A DNA stretch of 48,105 nucleotides from an uncultured Candidatus Saccharibacteria bacterium (lineage in GTDB: Bacteria; Patescibacteriota; Saccharimonadia; Saccharimonadales; Saccharimonadaceae), in NCBI GenBank assembly GCA_947306315.1, contig CAMZGF010000001.1:1-48105 (forward strand), written 5' to 3'. Below are positions 45,310 through 48,105 of the stretch, one piece after another; within the stretch, counting starts at the first letter, position 1; every line of letters starts with the position of its first letter. The notes beneath the pieces were generated by a model, which had not been told where the DNA came from, did no database searches, and saw nothing but the letters and a program-made list of their open reading frames with translations. The position numbers and the translations under genes are program-made.

Positions 45310-45991
45310 GCGTCGTAATGATTTGCGAACGAAAGCGATAATTTTGCACCGCACGAAATATGGCGAAACTGATCGAATTCTGAATCTATTGACCCCAGAA
45401 GGCCGAAAATCATGTGTTGCAAAGGGCGTAAGAAAAGAAAAATCAAAACTTGCGGGTGGAATTGAAATGTTTACAGTCGCAGATATTGTGATACATGAGT
45501 CGGAGAAGTCTGATATGGGTATTCTTACGTCTGCAAAAATGACAAAAAGCTACATGAATATCATTTCTGATCTAGATCGTTTTGAGCTTGGCTCTAAGAT
45601 TATAAAACATGCAAATAAAATCTCCGAAAATGTAGATTCTCCAGAACTTTTTTCTCTCGTAAACCAATGTTTTTGGGCGCTCGACAAAGATCTTAATCGT
45701 GAGCTAATTGAGGGATATTTCCTTCTTAACCTTATGAGAATATCCGGAGAAGACGTAAATCTTCATCGCGACACCAACGGAGAAAAGCTTGATGCTGACA
45801 AGAAATATGTCTGGGATACATACGAGAATTCACTAAAACCTGAAAATAACGGAAATATCGAGGTGAACCATATAAAAGTTATGCGTCTTATGTTGACGTC
45901 GCCGTTAAAAACTGTGATTCAGGTAAAGGAAATAAAGAGTCTTCTGCCGGAAGTACTTTATATTGCAAAATCAGTCGCAAAGATCTCGTGA
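45296..45991 (+). CDS. recO: DNA repair protein RecO
   Basis: KAIILHRTKYGETDRILNLLT and AKGVRKEKSKLAGGIEMF. Confidence 0.93.
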   Translation: MQTNRRRNDLRTKAIILHRTKYGETDRILNLLTPEGRKSCVAKGVRKEKSKLAGGIEMFTVADIVIHESEKSDMGILTSAKMTKSYMNIISDLDRFELGSKIIKHANKISENVDSPELFSLVNQCFWALDKDLNRELIEGYFLLNLMRISGEDVNLHRDTNGEKLDADKKYVWDTYENSLKPENNGNIEVNHIKVMRLMLTSPLKTVIQVKEIKSLLPEVLYIAKSVAKIS

Positions 45992-45995
45992 GGCC

Positions 45996-46036
45996 TTGAC
46001 ACCGGTGTCGCTTATGCTAAAATTAAATTAGCATAA
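45996..46036 (+). promoter_or_regulatory. Promoter with overlapping inverted repeat, upstream of paralog D
   Basis: TTGACA-16 bp-TAAAAT; perfect TTATGCTAA-7-TTAGCATAA at 46012-46036. Confidence 0.75.
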
Positions 46037-46048
46037 TAGGGTCAAAAA

Positions 46049-47413
46049 ATGAAAAATCTCCATAAAACTATAGGTATCTTTTCAGCCTCGCTGCTTCTTG
46101 CGGTAACAGCTTTCTATATTTATTCTCCAATTTCGGGAACAAATGCTGATACTACTGGTCAGATGCATATGTCGCTCGATATAAACTCGAATATTAGCAT
46201 TAGTACAAGCGAAAACGAACTCGAACTAGATGCAACTGTTGGTTCATTCGTTAATGATTCAATCGATGTCTATGTCTCAACTAACTCTGAATATGGCTAC
46301 ACTCTTACCCTTGAGGACTTAGATAGCAGCACGAACATGGTTAATACGAATCCAAGCGTGGATTCTGTTGTAACCTCAGAATTTGCTGGCTCAAAAAATA
46401 GCACCACAATGGCTGATAATACTTGGGGTTTCTCGCTTGATCAAACAGATTTCTTCCGTGTTCCGGTAAATGGTAATCCTGTGGCGCTAAAACGCACGAA
46501 CGGCGTTATGGCTGATTCGTACGAAGCGGTCCCTGTAGGTTTTGGTGCAAAAGTTGGCATGGGACTTACAGCTGGTACGTATGAAGATGTCGTACTTTTC
46601 ACAGCATATGTAAACGGTGTTAGTGGACAACCTGCAGACGGTACTATTATTAGTAATAACAATGGTCCTGATGTAAGAACTATATCTGATATCACAAGCA
46701 TGCAGCAGATGACTAGTAAGTTCTGTGAGAATACTTCACTTCATCAAACTGCTACTTTGACAGATATTCGTGATGGCAATAGATACACAGTCATAAAAGC
46801 AAAAGATGGTAACTGTTGGATGACTCAGAATCTTCGCCTTATTGACTATACACTCACGAGCGCAGATTCGGATGTCCCGGAAGGATTCTCATTCCATGTT
46901 CCAACGTTTGAAACAAGCGAATATCACGTTGGTTCCGGCAGCCAAGATGAGTTTAAATCTCCAGCTGCAGCTTATAACGAACAATATGGAGGCTACTATA
47001 ACTACCATACAGCAGTAGGCGGATGGTGGGGAGAAGGAATCGATCAAGACGTCAATTCGCCACAAAGTATTTGTCCTAAGGGTTGGAGAATTCCAACTGG
47101 AACCTATGGTGGTGAGTTTGAGATGCTCTATCGCGCTTATAATATGAACTATCGACTCAACGCTATCGCATTGACTGCTCCACCGCTTAACTTCGTAGCA
47201 AATGGTTATTATATCTTCAATGGCCCTAACCACGAGTCTAATGGCTTCTATGAAGGTGGGGTTACTGGTAATTATTGGTCAGCATCTGGATATAGCGGAT
47301 ATAGTTATGCTCAATACTTATGGATTAATGCAAATATACAATACGGACAGGTAAATCCTAATGGTTATGCTAGCCCGTCCTATCTATATGGCGTCCGCTG
47401 TGTTGCAAGATAG
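46049..47413 (+). CDS. Secreted protein: WxL/pilin-like N-domain plus FISUMP domain, paralog D
   Basis: MKNLH start, TNSEYGYTL, DNTWGFS and AGTYEDVV; DGNCWMTQNL, CPKGWRIPT, YWSAS and GVRCV. Confidence 0.85.
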   Translation: MKNLHKTIGIFSASLLLAVTAFYIYSPISGTNADTTGQMHMSLDINSNISISTSENELELDATVGSFVNDSIDVYVSTNSEYGYTLTLEDLDSSTNMVNTNPSVDSVVTSEFAGSKNSTTMADNTWGFSLDQTDFFRVPVNGNPVALKRTNGVMADSYEAVPVGFGAKVGMGLTAGTYEDVVLFTAYVNGVSGQPADGTIISNNNGPDVRTISDITSMQQMTSKFCENTSLHQTATLTDIRDGNRYTVIKAKDGNCWMTQNLRLIDYTLTSADSDVPEGFSFHVPTFETSEYHVGSGSQDEFKSPAAAYNEQYGGYYNYHTAVGGWWGEGIDQDVNSPQSICPKGWRIPTGTYGGEFEMLYRAYNMNYRLNAIALTAPPLNFVANGYYIFNGPNHESNGFYEGGVTGNYWSASGYSGYSYAQYLWINANIQYGQVNPNGYASPSYLYGVRCVAR

Positions 47414-47485
47414 CTAACCATACTGTCCCCGTTGTCTTGATTCTTAAGATGTGTTAAAATAATAGAGAAAAATAGGAGATTTTTT

Positions 47486-48105
47486 ATGGCAACAAAACTT
47501 GAAGATATCGTAAGCCTTTGTAAACGTCGTGGATTTGTTTTCCCAGGCTCTGACGTTTATGGCGGTATGGCCGGTACTTGGGATTTTGGTCCACTTGGTG
47601 TTACTCTAAAGAAAAATCTCATGGATGCATGGTGGGACTTCTTCGTTGAGAAGCGTGACGATATGTTTGGTGTTGACGCAGCTATCATCATGAATCCACG
47701 CACTTGGGTCGCTTCAGGCCACACTGCAACTTTTGCAGATCCACTCGTTGAATGTAAAGAGTGTAAATCTCGTTTTCGTGCCGATAAAATTGCCGACGGC
47801 ATCTCCGAATCTGTTACAACCGAGGAATTCCTCGCAACTCACACAAAATGTCCTGTCTGTGGTAAAGAAAACTGGGGCCCAATCCGCAAGTTCAACATGA
47901 TGTTCTCAACTCACGTTGGTGCAGTTCTTCCTGAAGATACAAAAGAAAACCCAGAACTCGCAGAGAAAAACATTGCTTACCTTCGCCCAGAAACTGCACA
48001 AGGCATTTTCACTAACTACAAAAACGTCGTAGATACTATCTATCCAAATCTTCCATTTGGTCTCGCGCAACAAGGTAAGGCATTCAGAAATGAAATCTCT
48101 CCACG
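47486..48105 (+). CDS. glyQS: Glycine--tRNA ligase (alpha2 type), 3'-truncated; absent from the ORF track because it runs off the window
   Basis: Hand translation gives MATKLEDIVSLCKRRGFVFPGSDVYGGMAGTWDFGPLG...ASGH...FNMMF...YLRPETAQGIF...QGKAFRNEISP. AGGAG SD and TTGTCT-17-TAAAAT promoter upstream. Confidence 0.96.
   Translation, partial: MATKLEDIVSLCKRRGFVFPGSDVYGGMAGTWDFGPLGVTLKKNLMDAWWDFFVEKRDDMFGVDAAIIMNPRTWVASGHTATFADPLVECKECKSRFRADKIADGISESVTTEEFLATHTKCPVCGKENWGPIRKFNMMFSTHVGAVLPEDTKENPELAEKNIAYLRPETAQGIFTNYKNVVDTIYPNLPFGLAQQGKAFRNEISP

Noticed and set aside
26972..45991. Alternative genetic code (TGA = Gly) as in some CPR lineages
   Set aside because: TGA ends the 26387 ORF just before its terminator and ends recO at normal length. 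Long genes have no internal TGA, apart from the suspect murB edge.
35011..47413. Diversity-generating retroelement acting on the FISUMP C-termini
   Set aside because: No reverse transcriptase and no near-identical non-coding template repeat in the window. Paralog 3' ends differ at many synonymous non-adenine positions. A remote DGR elsewhere in the genome cannot be excluded.
47414..47485. T-box riboswitch upstream of glyQS
   Set aside because: The promoter lies only about 25 nt from the ATG, leaving no room, and no T-box sequence is present.
1..48105. CRISPR array, IS element, integrase or prophage
   Set aside because: No regularly spaced repeats and no cas, transposase, recombinase or phage structural ORFs were recognised.

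Overview
A gene-dense, AT-rich bacterial chromosome segment in genetic code 11. It is most consistent with a host-associated Candidatus Saccharibacteria (TM7/CPR) genome. This is inferred from the TM7-style type IV pilin, HTH-MurA fusion, class I aldolase, Trm11-like methylase, alpha2-type GlyRS and FISUMP paralogs. Most of the window is housekeeping: murB, folD, ftsK, rpsF-ssb-rpsR-efp-tlyA, murA, pcrA, an rpfB-like gene with rsmA, ftsH-murJ, an ltaS-like gene, sbcB, uvrA, rplY, rpmA, xseAB, recO, glyQS, and tRNA-Arg(UCG) and tRNA-Leu(UAG). The best candidate for an undescribed system is a distributed surface-fibre/adhesin apparatus. It comprises an operon of two membrane-anchored DUF916/chaperone-like Ig proteins plus a VPDTG-anchored protein (18000-20974). 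It also includes four dispersed secreted paralogs with a shared WxL/pilin-like N-domain and swappable C-terminal domains (FISUMP, or InlB-B repeats plus glycine-rich domains). These four genes share a nucleotide-level start-region motif, and two of them share a covarying promoter palindrome. Other notable signals are widespread leaderless genes, a probable ATT start for tlyA, a palindromic operator over the HTH-murA promoter, a pseudo-PfkB/aldolase fusion, and a sensorless kinase paired with an output-less receiver. No CRISPR array, transposase, integrase, prophage or reverse transcriptase was seen. All calls are by eye, without database searches.
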